From positions 248,001-312,000 of the IMG/VR virus record IMGVR_UViG_3300025121_000282: DNA of 64,000 nucleotides. The stretch is one strand, 5' to 3'. Below, one piece after another: positions 18,936 through 28,674 of this stretch. The stretch's first letter is position 1, and each line of letters opens with the position of its first letter. The notes below the pieces were generated by a model. It was given only the letters and a program-made list of their open reading frames with translations. It had not been told where the DNA came from and did not search any database. Made by a program: the position numbers and the translations under genes.

Positions 18936-21900
18936 TTACAGCTTCACTCTTAAAGTAAAGGTTGTAACAATCCACAAGACCGGGAGTATGGTTTGGTATG
19001 CAGCTGAGACTTCCCAAATGGTAGGGTCATTGTCGTTAGGCTTAATTTTCACCTTGTCGTAGGCCCCAATGATTTGAACCCCAACTTCTTGGCCCAAATA
19101 ATCTTTTACAGTCTTCTCGGCATCTCCAACTAGAGAGCCTACATTTTTCTGCCCGATGTACTTGTTCAACGCGGTGCGGACGCCTCGCTGAATTCGGTGT
19201 TTAACCTGAATCACAGACGGAGTTCTGGTCAACACCGAGGACATATCGGTAGTAACCGAATGGCGTACTTCTATTCTGGAGCCTACAGTATGGACCAGGG
19301 TGATACCAGCGCTGGCCACCTGATTCATTGTAACTTCATCCATCGTGCGCATCATCTTCTTGAAGCCAACTATGGGCTTAGAAGTGAAATCTGTAGCCTC
19401 ATCGTAAGACAGGCTTACAAACCTGCCAGCATAAGCAGCAGCAACGATGGGTCCATCCACCAAAACGGTTGTAGTTCTACCTAACTCATCCACTAAGTCC
19501 ATGGACGCAGTATCAGGGTAAACTACCTGAACCAGTTCGTTTCCTATAGCTCGGGCTCTCAATTGAGCCGCTGTAGGAGTGGTTCCGGACGGGAAACCAA
19601 CAATACCTGTACGTTCTTTTCGGTTACGAATGCTGCTCATCATCTGGCAGTGTTCTCGTACCGATTGATGTACATCAGCGCTGCCCGTTAACGGGACTAC
19701 CACAGCAGGATTGGTCCCATTCGGGAGGGCTACTTTTAGGTCATTCAGTGCAGCAATGTAAACAGAGGCCGAGGCATCAGCCGCACCCGACGATTTAAAT
19801 ACCTGCTTACAAGCCACTGCCGAGGCCCCATTTCGAATAGCAAGCCAAGCTGCTAGCGACAACCTATTGGCTGGGTTTACCGGCCCGTACTCACGAACTA
19901 CGTCATTCATGTCCGTGAAAATTTTTGGGGTTATGTCAGTTTTGGTGTAAGACCAATCGACGTAGTAACTGTCACCAATCGCGGGCTCGGCCTCTCCACT
20001 AGAACGGTCGAAGGTTTCAACCTTTGCACTGTCTCCAACGGCCACACTCAAAGTATTGGCCACTACTACGCTCAACCCTGGGATGGAATATGTCGGGGTG
20101 TTAGCACTGGCTGTATGCGTTCTGGTTACAGTGAGTCGGAAAGAGGAGTCCTCATCGTAATCAGCTTCAGATGGCAAAACCGTAAACCGTAAGCCAGTCA
20201 CGCTATCGGTGTAAGTTACACCAACAAAGCCATCCGAACCAGTCCCATCGTCACTAAGAACAGAGTCATCAGCAGACCCAGTACCACTAGCCTGATTGCT
20301 GTAAACGTAAAAACCTTGCTGGGAACCTTGACCTGAATCAGTATCACCTGCTGAAACACCAAGAACTTCCCACGCGTTCAACACCTGGGCGTCGTCCTCT
20401 GCCGATGCAAACGTGACCGCTGTTGAAGTGCCAGAGCTTCTGGTTCTGATTCTAAGGAAGGTTCCGCTGGCCCCCTCAGTGGGGTCCGTGACCGTGTCTG
20501 CTACAAAATTTGACCGGAAAGTGTTAGCAACAGGTGCAGTGAAGTTTCCGCCATCGTGTGCGTTTAGCACAGTTGCTAAATCAATTGCCGAAACCATGGT
20601 CGAGTTTGCAACTACTGCTGCCGTGAAGCCCAACAGCCCATTGGCTACAACGTTTGCTCCAATGGTAATGTTTGACGTGTCTCCTTCCGAGGGGGAGAGC
20701 AACATCAATCGGTCACCACCAGCCTGCCAGTCGGAAATGTATGCCACATCAGGCACTTCGCCTGCGCCGTACACGGCAACAAGGGTGGCATCCACGCTGG
20801 TAACAGCATTAATTGCCACAGCAACAGCTGCAGTAGTGATAGCCCCACCATCAGGCAGTGTAACTACAATGTCTACACCATCTACGCTAAACGAGAAATC
20901 GGTGTCAGCTGCTATCGCGTATGGACCAGCAACAGACCCACGTTGCCAAGCCGGCATTGTGGTGGCTCTAGAAACACCATATACCTTGGTACCCATAACC
21001 AAACCAAGGTCGGTTACATCAAGCTGGTCTCCCGAGACCGCTGTACCTATCACTTCTATGTATTTAGAAGTAGTAGACATGTCACCAATGGCAGTGTCAA
21101 CCCCTGCCTCATCCTCAAGAACCCCGGGAGCAGCCGAACCCTTGATAACGAGGTGACCATATCCAGCCTGATTCGCGTCAACTCTAAATGTGGCGCAATC
21201 AGCTAGTTGGGCATTTATCTTAACGACAATGTCGGCAATTGTATCGTCTGCTTCTATGGCAGCAGTTTCTATGCTCGTTCCATCAATGTCAAAAGCTACC
21301 TTTTTTCCAAGCCAAGCTGCTTGGTATGCTCCGTTTACATACCCACCTACTAAGTGAGCCTTGACTATAGAGGTGGCCAGTTCAATTGGAGCAACTGCCG
21401 TGTTGGACGGAACCGGACGGAACTGGTCGCTAAACCCAACTCTCAAGTCATACGATTCGGAATTGCCAACTACATACTGTGCGGGTTCTTTCAAGTAATT
21501 CTTGAAAACTACAGTAACTATCTCATCAAGAGAAGTTCCGCCGTAGTGGATGGCATCGGGCTGGCTTTCAGAACCAGACGGCCAAGCCACCGAAACCGCA
21601 GGGGCGTTTCCAGCCAACCCAGGTTTTGAAAATCTTACCTGTCGTAGTATAGTACTATTTTGACCTGTAACAGTGTAGGTTCCCGTTCCAGAACCGCCTG
21701 CAGCCACAACGGCTAAGTTGTAAGCAGACGTGTCATACGCATCTGCAAGTCTGTTGTACCAAAAGGTTGCGTATGCCTTATGATCAGGAGGGATAGGACT
21801 GGACAGAGTAACTTTTCTACTTGATGACTCTACTTTAGAAACAGTTATTGCTGGTCTATTCAGGGCATCCCTAACATCAACACCGTGATACACACTCACT

Positions 21901-23309
21901 AAGTCAGGTCGGTCGTTAGGCAAATCTCTTCGACTATTTGTTATATCCTGAAACACCGAACTGCCAAGTGGGGTGTCATACCCATTTCCGGTAGTGGGAG
22001 CAATGGGCAGGATGAACTCTTTCCGAGACGAGCCAGACCGAGTGCACTCGGTCAAATACAGTCTATTGTCAATTAACGTGGGACTTATTTGGGTAGTGTC
22101 TAAGTATTCAGACCCACTTGTGTGGGTGTTTGACACCACTCTGTATGCTGCACCCCAGAGAATCTTGGAATTCTCAGAGTCTAGTACAAATGATGTATCT
22201 TGAGTGTAGTCCGAAGACCCCTCTGTGTTACCAATTCTGTCGATGCTTACAATGCCCGCATCAGGAAGGGTGTCGCCAGTATCTTGCCAATTTGAGAAAT
22301 AGTGGGTAACTGTTACAACAGTCCCGGCTTTTGGCGGAAGAGACACAGTTACTAAACCATTGGCCCCATCAACTTCACTAACAATAACCTCGTCGTCATC
22401 GACAGTGACCGTTACATGGGAGGGGTCAGTAGTAGTGATGGCGCCGTCTCTTCCGTCAACGATGGGGAAGTGAGCAACCTTGAATACACAGTTTCTACCA
22501 CTGGTCGAGGTGGCATTCCAGCCAAGAATAGCATTTGCAGTACCTGCCCCAACAGCGACTTCCTGGTCTGCAGTAAGTCTCAGCACCGTTGAACCATTGG
22601 GACGTACATCAGTTGATGTCGTAAGTCCTACCGGGCCCACTGTATCAATATCGGTCTTGATTTGGGCTGCTGTTCTACCTAAACCGGCTGTCAGAGGTAT
22701 TGTTGAAGAGACTCCATCTACGATTAAAATTAAGGAATCGTTGGTGTCCGCAACCACATCAAAGGTCTCAGCACTGGACTCAAGTACAGCTGACCCTAAG
22801 GTCACCTGAGAGCTTAGGGTTTCGGTTATTTGTGTGTCAGACCTGCGGTAGAAGTACGTGACCTTTGTTACGGTGTCTACGTCGGGACCCACAGACAGAG
22901 TTATGTACCCATTGGCACCGTCAACCTCGGTAACTACGACGGCTTCGTCATTCACAACCACGGACACGTGTGCAGGGTTGGAAGACGATGAACCGCTACC
23001 AGACCCAGTGACTATAGGGTACTTCTGTACCCGAAATTTCACTATAGTGCCGTCTGCTTCCCCATAGACGGGGTTGTCGGTGTCGTTGTTTGTTAAAAAT
23101 CTTGACGAAACATTCTCGGAATAAACTGCCGTGTCAACCGTGGCAGAAGACCCGCGTATTACCTCGAAAGATTTTCGCTGTAATGTTTCGGACCCAGTAC
23201 CGATGAAAATAGGAACCCTAGCCGAAGCGGCTACAACAGGCTGGGGCTCTTCAACGTTTGTTCTGGAATAGTTACCAGGAGGGGAATAACCTTCAAAGGG
23301 CCCGGCCAT
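18936..23309 (-). CDS. Tail sheath protein (very large, with inserted Ig-like domains)
   Basis: 1457 aa. N-term YSPPGNYSRT...VPIFIGTG; C-term sheath core (SSIRNRKERTGIVG, IEVRHSVTTD, YQTILPVLWIVTTFTL). Confidence 0.92.
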   Translation of the reverse strand: MAGPFEGYSPPGNYSRTNVEEPQPVVAASARVPIFIGTGSETLQRKSFEVIRGSSATVDTAVYSENVSSRFLTNNDTDNPVYGEADGTIVKFRVQKYPIVTGSGSGSSSSNPAHVSVVVNDEAVVVTEVDGANGYITLSVGPDVDTVTKVTYFYRRSDTQITETLSSQVTLGSAVLESSAETFDVVADTNDSLILIVDGVSSTIPLTAGLGRTAAQIKTDIDTVGPVGLTTSTDVRPNGSTVLRLTADQEVAVGAGTANAILGWNATSTSGRNCVFKVAHFPIVDGRDGAITTTDPSHVTVTVDDDEVIVSEVDGANGLVTVSLPPKAGTVVTVTHYFSNWQDTGDTLPDAGIVSIDRIGNTEGSSDYTQDTSFVLDSENSKILWGAAYRVVSNTHTSGSEYLDTTQISPTLIDNRLYLTECTRSGSSRKEFILPIAPTTGNGYDTPLGSSVFQDITNSRRDLPNDRPDLVSVYHGVDVRDALNRPAITVSKVESSSRKVTLSSPIPPDHKAYATFWYNRLADAYDTSAYNLAVVAAGGSGTGTYTVTGQNSTILRQVRFSKPGLAGNAPAVSVAWPSGSESQPDAIHYGGTSLDEIVTVVFKNYLKEPAQYVVGNSESYDLRVGFSDQFRPVPSNTAVAPIELATSIVKAHLVGGYVNGAYQAAWLGKKVAFDIDGTSIETAAIEADDTIADIVVKINAQLADCATFRVDANQAGYGHLVIKGSAAPGVLEDEAGVDTAIGDMSTTSKYIEVIGTAVSGDQLDVTDLGLVMGTKVYGVSRATTMPAWQRGSVAGPYAIAADTDFSFSVDGVDIVVTLPDGGAITTAAVAVAINAVTSVDATLVAVYGAGEVPDVAYISDWQAGGDRLMLLSPSEGDTSNITIGANVVANGLLGFTAAVVANSTMVSAIDLATVLNAHDGGNFTAPVANTFRSNFVADTVTDPTEGASGTFLRIRTRSSGTSTAVTFASAEDDAQVLNAWEVLGVSAGDTDSGQGSQQGFYVYSNQASGTGSADDSVLSDDGTGSDGFVGVTYTDSVTGLRFTVLPSEADYDEDSSFRLTVTRTHTASANTPTYSIPGLSVVVANTLSVAVGDSAKVETFDRSSGEAEPAIGDSYYVDWSYTKTDITPKIFTDMNDVVREYGPVNPANRLSLAAWLAIRNGASAVACKQVFKSSGAADASASVYIAALNDLKVALPNGTNPAVVVPLTGSADVHQSVREHCQMMSSIRNRKERTGIVGFPSGTTPTAAQLRARAIGNELVQVVYPDTASMDLVDELGRTTTVLVDGPIVAAAYAGRFVSLSYDEATDFTSKPIVGFKKMMRTMDEVTMNQVASAGITLVHTVGSRIEVRHSVTTDMSSVLTRTPSVIQVKHRIQRGVRTALNKYIGQKNVGSLVGDAEKTVKDYLGQEVGVQIIGAYDKVKIKPNDNDPTIWEVSAAYQTILPVLWIVTTFTLRVKL

Positions 23310-23418
23310 GTTTACCTCTCAAACTTATATGGGGTTCCACACAAGTGTTCAAGCCTATTTACATCACCAAACATAATTTAAGGATTAACGTAACACACCG
23401 CACCAATGAAGAGGTGTA

Positions 23419-23787
23419 TTGTTATACATGGCAAGACAAGACCAAACAATGTCGCAAAATAAGTTGCTCAACAAAGTGCTTGAATTGATACCCGAGACGG
23501 ACTTAATAGAGGCTATAGAGGTTTTGCAGCTTAGGTTGTATGGAATACAAAAAGAACACTCAAGCCAGCCACCTAAGCCCAAATCTGACATTGGGGATGA
23601 GCAAATAAAGACATTGTTGTTAGACTTTAGCAACAAAGTCAACTCATGTACTAACTGGCAAATAAAAATTAAGGCTACAGCGTTTTTAGATGGTGTTCAA
23701 AGTTTCTACGACAGGAAGAATTACCTGACTGATAAACAGGTAGCAGCCGTTGCAAGTTACACCAAAAGCTTAGACCAACACAACTAA
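23419..23787 (+). CDS. Hypothetical protein
   Basis: First gene of the + strand island; plausible amino-acid composition. Confidence 0.55.
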   Translation: MLYMARQDQTMSQNKLLNKVLELIPETDLIEAIEVLQLRLYGIQKEHSSQPPKPKSDIGDEQIKTLLLDFSNKVNSCTNWQIKIKATAFLDGVQSFYDRKNYLTDKQVAAVASYTKSLDQHN

Positions 23788-23797
23788 AGCAGGTCAA

Positions 23798-23998
23798 ATG
23801 CCACTGTACGAATACCGATGTACCAAGTGCGAACACGAATTTGAACAAACAAACAAAATGGATAGTCCGAACCCGCCATGTCCAAAACAAAATGAGGGTA
23901 CTCAGTGTGGTTGTGATACTGTAAAACTGGTATCTAAATCGAGCTTTTACTTGAAGGGTGGTGGGTGGTACAATGACGGTTATGGCAAGTCAAATTAA
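23798..23998 (+). CDS. FmdB-family zinc-ribbon protein
   Basis: MPLYEYRCTKCEHEFE...CP...CG...KLVSKSSFYLKGGGWY. Confidence 0.9.
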   Translation: MPLYEYRCTKCEHEFEQTNKMDSPNPPCPKQNEGTQCGCDTVKLVSKSSFYLKGGGWYNDGYGKSN

Positions 23999-24170
23999 AT
24001 TTCGCAAATGCAGGTTCACTGAGTGGACTAGGTCCATACTACCTTTGATGGAAGCTCGTCAGCTTCTAGCGGGTGAGTGGTATGTTTATAATTTTAAGTC
24101 CAGCGAGTGCCAGGGGGTTATCTCAGAAGATGCGGTTATAGACTACAAACCTATAAAAATAATACATTAA
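23982..24170 (+). CDS. Small hypothetical protein
   Basis: ATG at 23982 (MASQIKF), overlapping the end of the upstream gene. Confidence 0.5.
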   Translation: MASQIKFRKCRFTEWTRSILPLMEARQLLAGEWYVYNFKSSECQGVISEDAVIDYKPIKIIH

Positions 24171-24197
24171 GCCCTAAAAACAAGTGTAGGAAAACAA

Positions 24198-25019
24198 GTG
24201 GCAGTTATAATAGCAGATGGGCTAGAGTTCGATGGGATAGCTGTAAGCGGGGTCGGGTCTGCTATTTCAATTACCAATGTTGGTATTTGTTTAGACATCG
24301 GTACTGTCACCCCTGCTTCTCTAAAGTGCAATGTAGTACTAATAACCCATGGTCACATTGACCACATGTCAGGTCTCGTTTTGCATGCCAACATTCGGGC
24401 CATGCAGGGCAATAAGACAACCACTTACGTAGTGCCACCGTGGCTCGAACCCCAGGTCCATAGCTTGTTCAGTATTTGGGCAAAACTACAAGAAGAAAAC
24501 AGCGGTCCAAATGTGACAGTTATCGCACTTGAAGCTGGTAAGTCGGTCACGTTAAATCGACACAAAATAACAGCGTTTGCTACAAACCATAGAATTCCCA
24601 GTCAGGGTTACTTAATTTCTGAAGAAAGAAAGAAACTAAAGAAAGAGTTTGCTTATTTACCCGGAGACGAAATAGGCAGGATTAGCCGGTCCGGGGTTGA
24701 AGTTATAGACATCATAGAGCACAAGAGAATAGCTTATACAGGGGACACTAGGGCCAGCATATTTGACACTAATTCTGAAGCTGTAAATGCCGATGTCCTG
24801 ATCACTGAATCCACGTTCTTAGGGGACTTGACCAACGAGTTTGTAGAAGAGCGGGGACACACCCACGTGCGTCAAATAGCCGAAAGGTCCCATCTGTTTC
24901 ACAACAAAGCAGTAATACTGGTACACTTTTCGGCTAGGTATGACAACAAAATGATTGCAGAAGAAGTTGCCAAACTGGCAAAAATCTTCCCAGTTCCACT
25001 GCACTTTTTGCCAGTTTAG
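24198..25019 (+). CDS. rnz: Ribonuclease Z (short TM-type tRNase Z, metallo-beta-lactamase fold)
   Basis: THGHIDH, YTGDT, ITESTF, GHTH, LVHFSARY motifs, plus a KKLKKEF flexible-arm motif. Confidence 0.85.
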   Translation: MAVIIADGLEFDGIAVSGVGSAISITNVGICLDIGTVTPASLKCNVVLITHGHIDHMSGLVLHANIRAMQGNKTTTYVVPPWLEPQVHSLFSIWAKLQEENSGPNVTVIALEAGKSVTLNRHKITAFATNHRIPSQGYLISEERKKLKKEFAYLPGDEIGRISRSGVEVIDIIEHKRIAYTGDTRASIFDTNSEAVNADVLITESTFLGDLTNEFVEERGHTHVRQIAERSHLFHNKAVILVHFSARYDNKMIAEEVAKLAKIFPVPLHFLPV

Positions 25020-25150
25020 GCTTTGAAACCCAAGTTTTGTCATTATGTAACTGTCCATCTACTCCGTTACTTACACAATGGCGTGTTGTATGTCAATTGA
25101 CTAATTGAGCCTATGTGTGAAAAGTAGCCTGACTACATAAGAGAGTAAAA

Positions 25151-25681
25151 ATGAGAACACTTACAATAGAGCAGATAAGAGATATTGCCATACGCGCCCA
25201 CGGGACCCAAAAATACGGAGAAGACCCGTACTCAGTTCATCTGGACGCGGTAGTCTCTATGCTTGGCGAATTCGGCTTTGATTCATTTGAAGATAAAGCC
25301 GTTGGACTGCTACACGACACCGTAGAGGACACTGATCTCACCTCAGAAAAACTAATTAGGATCGGAGTCCCTATTGTTGTGGTGGATGGTGTTCTTTTTT
25401 GTACTGATGAGCCCGGGGTTAACCGCAAAACCAGAAAGCGCCTCACATATGCCAGAATTAAAAGTGTTATAGCTGCCTGCAGTGCATACGATTCAGTGTC
25501 TACAACAATAGGGGTTAGAGTTAAGTTGGCTGACAGGCTTGTAAATATTAAAAAATGTATGAAAGACAATCCGAAGCTTTTAGAAATGTACGTGTCTGAG
25601 CATCACGATTTTTGTAACACATACTACATGCCGGGTACAAACTACGCGATGTGGGAGCACTGCTCGAAGGTGTTTGACTAA
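25151..25681 (+). CDS. RelA/SpoT-type HD-domain hydrolase (Mesh1/small alarmone hydrolase-like)
   Basis: AHGTQKYGEDPYSVHL...LLHDTVEDT...VKLADRLVNI. Confidence 0.85.
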   Translation: MRTLTIEQIRDIAIRAHGTQKYGEDPYSVHLDAVVSMLGEFGFDSFEDKAVGLLHDTVEDTDLTSEKLIRIGVPIVVVDGVLFCTDEPGVNRKTRKRLTYARIKSVIAACSAYDSVSTTIGVRVKLADRLVNIKKCMKDNPKLLEMYVSEHHDFCNTYYMPGTNYAMWEHCSKVFD

Positions 25682-26091
25682 TCTTTTTGGGCTATACTAG
25701 GGAGTGAAGTAGGCGGGGCCACACTTTCTCCAAATCTTTGATTTTGTACGTGTGTTACAGCTTGGCTATAGTGTATTGGCACGTACTTTCCATCGGAAGT
25801 TCTGGCTACATTTGTAGCTTTTTCCTTTGAAATTACGTTCATCATGTCTGAGCGTCTGTGCTCCACACTAATCCATCTTTTTTCGGCGTCAGCCCCGACT
25901 ACCTTGTCTACATCCTGAAAATCGCTAGCTACAAACCCCGGTGCATTGAACTGAGCTTCAGGGGCAGATAGTGTCCTTCTGGCCTCCTTCTTACATTCAG
26001 TGCATTTCGTAGGGTCGTCTTTTTTGGAATTAGGCCGTAAAACTTCAAATTTTAAGTTACAATGTGCACACTTATACTCGTACAACGGCAT
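25678..26091 (-). CDS. FmdB-family zinc-ribbon protein with C-terminal extension
   Basis: MPLYEYKCAHCNLKFE...KCTEC. Confidence 0.85.
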   Translation of the reverse strand: MPLYEYKCAHCNLKFEVLRPNSKKDDPTKCTECKKEARRTLSAPEAQFNAPGFVASDFQDVDKVVGADAEKRWISVEHRRSDMMNVISKEKATNVARTSDGKYVPIHYSQAVTHVQNQRFGESVAPPTSLPSIAQKD

Positions 26092-26099
26092 GGGCCACC

Positions 26100-27305
26100 T
26101 TAAATCATTGGCTGATGTGAATTTCGATTACTACTCGGTATGGATGGGTCATTGGTGAAGAACAACCCCAAAGACTTCATCAATTTCAATGTTGATTTTA
26201 CAGTTATTGAGTCCAGGTTAGACATCTGTGCCAGTTCCTCAGCGATGGTGTCGTCATAGTCTCTAACTACCCGTACCAACTGAGGCAGCGGAAATGACAT
26301 GTGATAGTCAGACAGCATGGTGAGACTTATAGAACCTATGATGTAAGTGTCCTCTCCACTCTCGTCGTAGGCTTCTTCAGCTTCTCCACTGAAATCCATC
26401 TCTGTTATTTCTATGCCCTCGTAACTCAATTGGTTTCTCGATGGGCCCCACAACAAAACCCCTAGATAGTCTATCAACTCTTCAAACTGGATACTGTCTC
26501 TGGTAATAATATCAATACTCATGTTCATGTTCCATTGACCGCCATAATTCAAACTGGTAGCGACTCTGCCTTCTGTTATCACTATGGCGTGCTGATCCCC
26601 GTTTTGTACCCTGTTCCCGAAGGCTATAAACACTCCAGGCAGTGCAGTAGTATTTGACGTGTTTTCTTGCCATGAGAATGGCCCCATCGCATTACCCAAG
26701 TGCACATACTCAGCCCAAATATAATCTCCCGGGGAGAAATCTCTAAGAATGGAAATCTCTCCAGTGTCATAGTCCACAGAGTACTCTGACTCTATTAGTT
26801 GGATGTTGTCATTTTGTATTATTCTTAGCGACCCCTGTAACGGTACGTGAGCCAGAGTTATGGCATTTTCGTTGCCCGTAACAAATTTTATAAGTGGTTC
26901 TCTGTTCTCGTAGTACCAGGGGGTAATTGTAAAAGTGCCCTGTTTTTCTATATGTGACCCGCTGATGTCTAAAATGTACACACCCGGGTTTGTGGGGAAA
27001 TGACCACCATTGCGGTCTATGGCGTAAAGGTCGTCCTTAATCCATTCCACGGAAGTTCCGGGCTTGTCTGGCATCTTAGAGAGCATGGAGTAGGAAAGTA
27101 CAGTACCCAAGAAATTATCTGAAGACAGTTTCAATGGGCTTGCAGAGTTGTTGGACACCACTACAGCCATTTGAGGTCGGTCTTCAAAAGCCCACTTGCC
27201 CTGAACGAACGGCACCATTTTAACAAACTTGGGGTGGTCTAGTAGGTGCCGTTTTATCTCTCTTATCAGGCGCTCTTTTACTGATGATAGCAGCTTATAA
27301 TACAT
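26100..27305 (-). CDS. Tail completion/terminator-like protein
   Basis: 401 aa, upstream of the sheath. C-term MSIDIITRD...EELIDYL...ITEMDFSGE is typical of terminator-type folds. Call rests on position and motif. Confidence 0.55.
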   Translation of the reverse strand: MYYKLLSSVKERLIREIKRHLLDHPKFVKMVPFVQGKWAFEDRPQMAVVVSNNSASPLKLSSDNFLGTVLSYSMLSKMPDKPGTSVEWIKDDLYAIDRNGGHFPTNPGVYILDISGSHIEKQGTFTITPWYYENREPLIKFVTGNENAITLAHVPLQGSLRIIQNDNIQLIESEYSVDYDTGEISILRDFSPGDYIWAEYVHLGNAMGPFSWQENTSNTTALPGVFIAFGNRVQNGDQHAIVITEGRVATSLNYGGQWNMNMSIDIITRDSIQFEELIDYLGVLLWGPSRNQLSYEGIEITEMDFSGEAEEAYDESGEDTYIIGSISLTMLSDYHMSFPLPQLVRVVRDYDDTIAEELAQMSNLDSITVKSTLKLMKSLGLFFTNDPSIPSSNRNSHQPMI

Positions 27306-27314
27306 GGGGCATCC

Positions 27315-28004
27315 TTACTTAGGGTCTAAAATCCGGTCTACAACTGCCTTTTTTGACATACCGCGTTTTGTTGCTATGCCTCTTGCAGCAGCTATTTTCA
27401 TTAGTGTGTCCAACTTCATTCCCTCGTTGGGGACCACAGTTAGCAAGTCATAAGCAACCCCATCCGGTTCCTCAGAGAGGTCTACCGTGGAAGGGTTTTC
27501 CTCCAGGGTCTCCAGGGTCTCCAGGGTCGTTTCGACTGGTGTTTCCACAGCCTCCATAGTAACAGGTGCTACTACTATTGTCTCCACTATTTCAGGGACA
27601 GTGGGAACCTCGGATGCTACTGCTGCCACTACCTCGGGGACAATAGGGACCTCGGGGACAACAGGACTGATTGCTTCCAATTTCTCAGGAAGTGCAACTG
27701 GGGTTTCACACGCCTGAGCACGGACAGGAGCGCTGTATACTCTAGAGTTCTTCACTTCCAGAATCCATGCACCACCACTTTGCTTTAGTTTCTTTTCCAT
27801 GTCATTTAACTCCGACAGCAGTCTATGCAATTGTTTAACCAAAAAGTTGCTAGTACTTTTGGAAGGTACCAACGACTTTACACGAGTCAGGTGCAAAATC
27901 TCAATAGGTATACTTTCTAAATTAAAGTATAACTTCCTACCGGCCTTAAATTGTATATCATTGTATTTAAGTGGCCGAGTAGACCGTAGGCACACAGCTA
28001 GCAT
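27315..28004 (-). CDS. Hypothetical protein with low-complexity VPE/ETL linker and C-terminal HeH/Rho-N-like helix pair
   Basis: C-term MKLDTLMKIAAARGIATKRGMSKKAVVDRI; ctccagggt x3 at 27501-27527. Confidence 0.55.
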   Translation of the reverse strand: MLAVCLRSTRPLKYNDIQFKAGRKLYFNLESIPIEILHLTRVKSLVPSKSTSNFLVKQLHRLLSELNDMEKKLKQSGGAWILEVKNSRVYSAPVRAQACETPVALPEKLEAISPVVPEVPIVPEVVAAVASEVPTVPEIVETIVVAPVTMEAVETPVETTLETLETLEENPSTVDLSEEPDGVAYDLLTVVPNEGMKLDTLMKIAAARGIATKRGMSKKAVVDRILDPK

Positions 28005-28017
28005 AATATTTTCAGAG

Positions 28018-28674
28018 TCATAAAAGGTCCATAATGGATTTCTTAATTGTTTTAGTTATAGTCACTCTTGCTTTCTCTTGTAAGTGTTTTTTGAATTCAT
28101 GGACACCAGCCTTAATACTGCGTTGAATGAAATTATTTTTGTTTTCTATTTTTTGTGGTGTCCACTGCTTTTTTTCATTCTTAGGTATGGAGTATACTAC
28201 AGTATTTCCGTCTATTTTAACAGGCAGACTAGATTTATCAATACCTTGCTTGCTCGTGGTGCTGTTGGTTGCATTGAGTTTCTGTGCATTGAGTGCGGCC
28301 AACAGTGCAACCGGTGTCTTGCCAAATGTAGCATTGGGGCTTATACCTTTAATAATACTTTGTATTGACCTAGCTGTTCTAATGGTTACATTTGAATTTG
28401 GCAATTGGAATGTAACATCCCCCCTGTGCACTGCGTACTTAATCCCCTGTATGTTCAACTTGACACGGTTAGCTTGGTCCCCTGCTTCACGAGCGGCTTC
28501 GTGTGTGCACACTATAGAGACTTTATCACCCAACATCTGGACTTTAAAAGACCTAGTAAAATTACCAGTAGGGGCCTTTAAGTTTTGGGGCCTAATTGAC
28601 TTTCTTACACCGGATATGAAACCCTGGGCAGACTTAAGTAAATCTGATTGTGATAGTTTAATTAATTCGTTCAA
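28018..28674 (-). CDS. Basic neck/morphogenesis-type hypothetical protein
   Basis: 218 aa, K-rich, ends NFIQRSIKAG; ATGA-coupled to the upstream neck gene. Confidence 0.5.
   Translation of the reverse strand: MNELIKLSQSDLLKSAQGFISGVRKSIRPQNLKAPTGNFTRSFKVQMLGDKVSIVCTHEAAREAGDQANRVKLNIQGIKYAVHRGDVTFQLPNSNVTIRTARSIQSIIKGISPNATFGKTPVALLAALNAQKLNATNSTTSKQGIDKSSLPVKIDGNTVVYSIPKNEKKQWTPQKIENKNNFIQRSIKAGVHEFKKHLQEKARVTITKTIKKSIMDLL

Noticed and set aside
476-23067. Numerous + strand ORFs of 60-250 aa opposite the structural genes
   Set aside because: Antisense shadows of long minus-strand genes, with no SD or family motifs.
25151-25681. DatZ dATPase partner of PurZ
   Set aside because: Motifs fit the RelA/SpoT/Mesh1-type HD branch, and the gene is 12 kb from purZ; not excluded without a profile search.
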